Of a DNA stretch of 64,000 nt, positions 61,963 to 64,000 are shown one piece after another. Every line of letters begins with the position of its first letter. Within the stretch, counting starts at the first letter, position 1. The translations under genes and the position numbers were made by a program. Source of the DNA: Raillietiella orientalis (taxonomy: Eukaryota); contig JAYWIR010000014.1 of the NCBI GenBank assembly GCA_036172245.1, positions 2,976,001 through 3,040,000 on the forward strand, written 5' to 3'. The notes under the pieces were generated by a model. The model was given only the letters and a program-made list of their open reading frames with translations, had not been told where the DNA came from and ran no database searches.

Positions 61963-64000
61963 TTTATTTATTCTAATTATTTATCTGCTACAAGGGTCAA
62001 TTATCAGCTGTTATCAAGATTTATAAAACTTTTATTTTTCTTAAGTAGTAGAAAAATAAATTGTTGTATCAGATTATTCTATCACTTCATTTATTTCTGA
62101 AACAAGCTGCAAATTATGATTCCAACAGTTTACAAGGTTTATAACTTCTAGAAGCAATTTTTATTAGTTTCATGTTTACAATTTTTATTACTTTTATCTG
62201 AGAATAACTGCATTCATAAGGTAATTATAGAATCAGAATCTTCTTTTACAATACACAGACATTATTATAATTGAAAAAATGATGAGATTATTTATATTAT
62301 ATTAGTGTTATAATAAATGTATCACCATGGGAAAAATTTAGTCTGCATAAATTTTATAAATTCATAAATAAATTCTCAAGATTTAGTGCTCATTACCATT
62401 AGCAAATTTATTATGTATTTTATCTGGAATAAATGCATTATTGAAACATGGCTTATTTGTAATTCTGAAATAGATAACACATCATTAAGGATTCAGTACG
62501 AGGTCACTCCAGTTTCAATCATACACTAAAACCATTATACTGATTTTACCATTTTCTTACATTCACAAAAGAAGTCATCCAAAGAATTTATTGCTTGATC
62601 TTCTATTATCATAAACAAATAATGTTACTTGATTAATACGCTTCTTTTGATGATAATCATCACAGCTGAAATAATGTGATGTGAAATGATAAAATGGACT
62701 GTGGAAGCTTTTTAAAATAAAACATTAAAATATTTAGTCCTCAAAAATATAATCAACTGAAAACACAAATTACATTCAGCAGAGTACATAATGTTACTTA
62801 TAATATTGCACTCAATGTTTATGCATTTTTATATTATATAGGTAATCAAAATAAATGTTAATACAACTTTTACATTTCACTTCAATCAAAACATAAATGT
62901 TTCAGATGAATTTGAGGTAATAAAAGCTAAAACTTTTTATTACTGATAGCAAATAGTAATCAATGTTATTTACACTATGCTCTGAAAGTATGACCCTTTT
63001 ATGACTCAAACAAATATTTTCACGGAATTTTAAAAATGCAGAATGACAAGTTTTGAATGAAAATAGATGACTGATGGAGTGAGTTATCCAAATTATCCAA
63101 AGACTAACTTAAACTGAAAAAGAGCATATATGCCTTAACTTATGCATAGACATTTCTACTCTGATAAAAGGCAATATGTGCGAATTCAGGGAAGAATACA
63201 CATTTTATTTTAGAGTACAAATCAGAATACAGTTTTTTTTTTAAAAAAAAAATGCTTCATAAAGCTTAGTTTTTTCCACTTGATTGGAATAAAATTTTAT
63301 TTGCATACTTTTTTTGAGAATGACTCTACCACTTGGAAAATCTATAAAAGTACAATAAGTGAAACAAAATTCACAAATAATAGATCCTATTCATTGGGCA
63401 CCTGCTCCATGAATGACAATGCTTCAGAATAACTACAGATGATATAAAAATTGAAGGGGGGGATTACATGATCATGAAGAACTTTCAATATTTTGTTATA
63501 AATTGTTATTATATTGATACTACTTTATTCATCAATAATTTTCCCAAATGAATACTAATTACCAAAACTAAAAACAACTATGCAATACTAACAGAGAAAT
63601 CAACTACTATCATATTTCTTTTTTTTTTTTTTCTTTTTTTTTTTTTTTACCTTTCAGTCCCAGTATCCTGAATTCTCAGCTCTTTGGAAAGAAATTACCA
63701 TTCAATTCAGCAATGACTGAAAAAAATATCAGTTATGTTTCAAAATGCTAAAACTGTGCAATGTTCACATTAAGTTCCATTTCATGCAATAAAACTACCC
63801 CAAAACTTATCAAGCCGAACACCAAAACACAGATGAATTCGATGTCAAATACATACTGTAAAACAAATGGAACTGTAGAGGGCATTTTGTAACGGAGAAT
63901 ACAAGTTTACATAGAATTTAATGAAAGTACATTACATGTGACTGATATTGTAAAATAATTTTAAGCTTCCGTGAACACCTCCTCTTCAGATCGTGTATTG

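Noticed and set aside
1..64000. CRISPR arrays, rRNA or intact tRNA genes, prokaryotic operons
   Set aside because: None recognised. The window is spliceosomal-intron-rich eukaryotic DNA, and the tRNA-like heads lack convincing cloverleaf pairing.

Overview
Eukaryotic (animal, probably invertebrate) genomic window with very short introns, mostly about 40-60 nt. Three conserved genes can be read directly: a ~38-exon DOCK6/7/8-class (Zir) Rho-GEF on + (2041-20794), FAM210A on - (57368-58162) with a pseudogenised partial copy about 1 kb upstream, and a KHDRBS/Sam68-type STAR KH gene on - (60546-~61960). Between them lies a visibly more GC- and CpG-rich block of about 35 kb. It holds decayed transposons: three RLE/R2-type non-LTR remnants (one lies left of DOCK), several mariner/maT remnants, a CR1-like RT and a gag zinc knuckle. 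It also holds a TTAA-flanked piggyBac interrupted by a 5'-truncated Tx1/L1-type LINE with a 13-bp TSD. Two multi-exon minus-strand genes that the ORF track misses sit in this block, one tentatively CFAP61-like and one doublecortin-domain, and both show apparent stops or frameshifts. An ~800-bp loop-less palindrome flanked by two tRNA-like direct repeats lies within the span of the CFAP61-like gene. All family assignments come from motifs recalled from memory, not from database searches.
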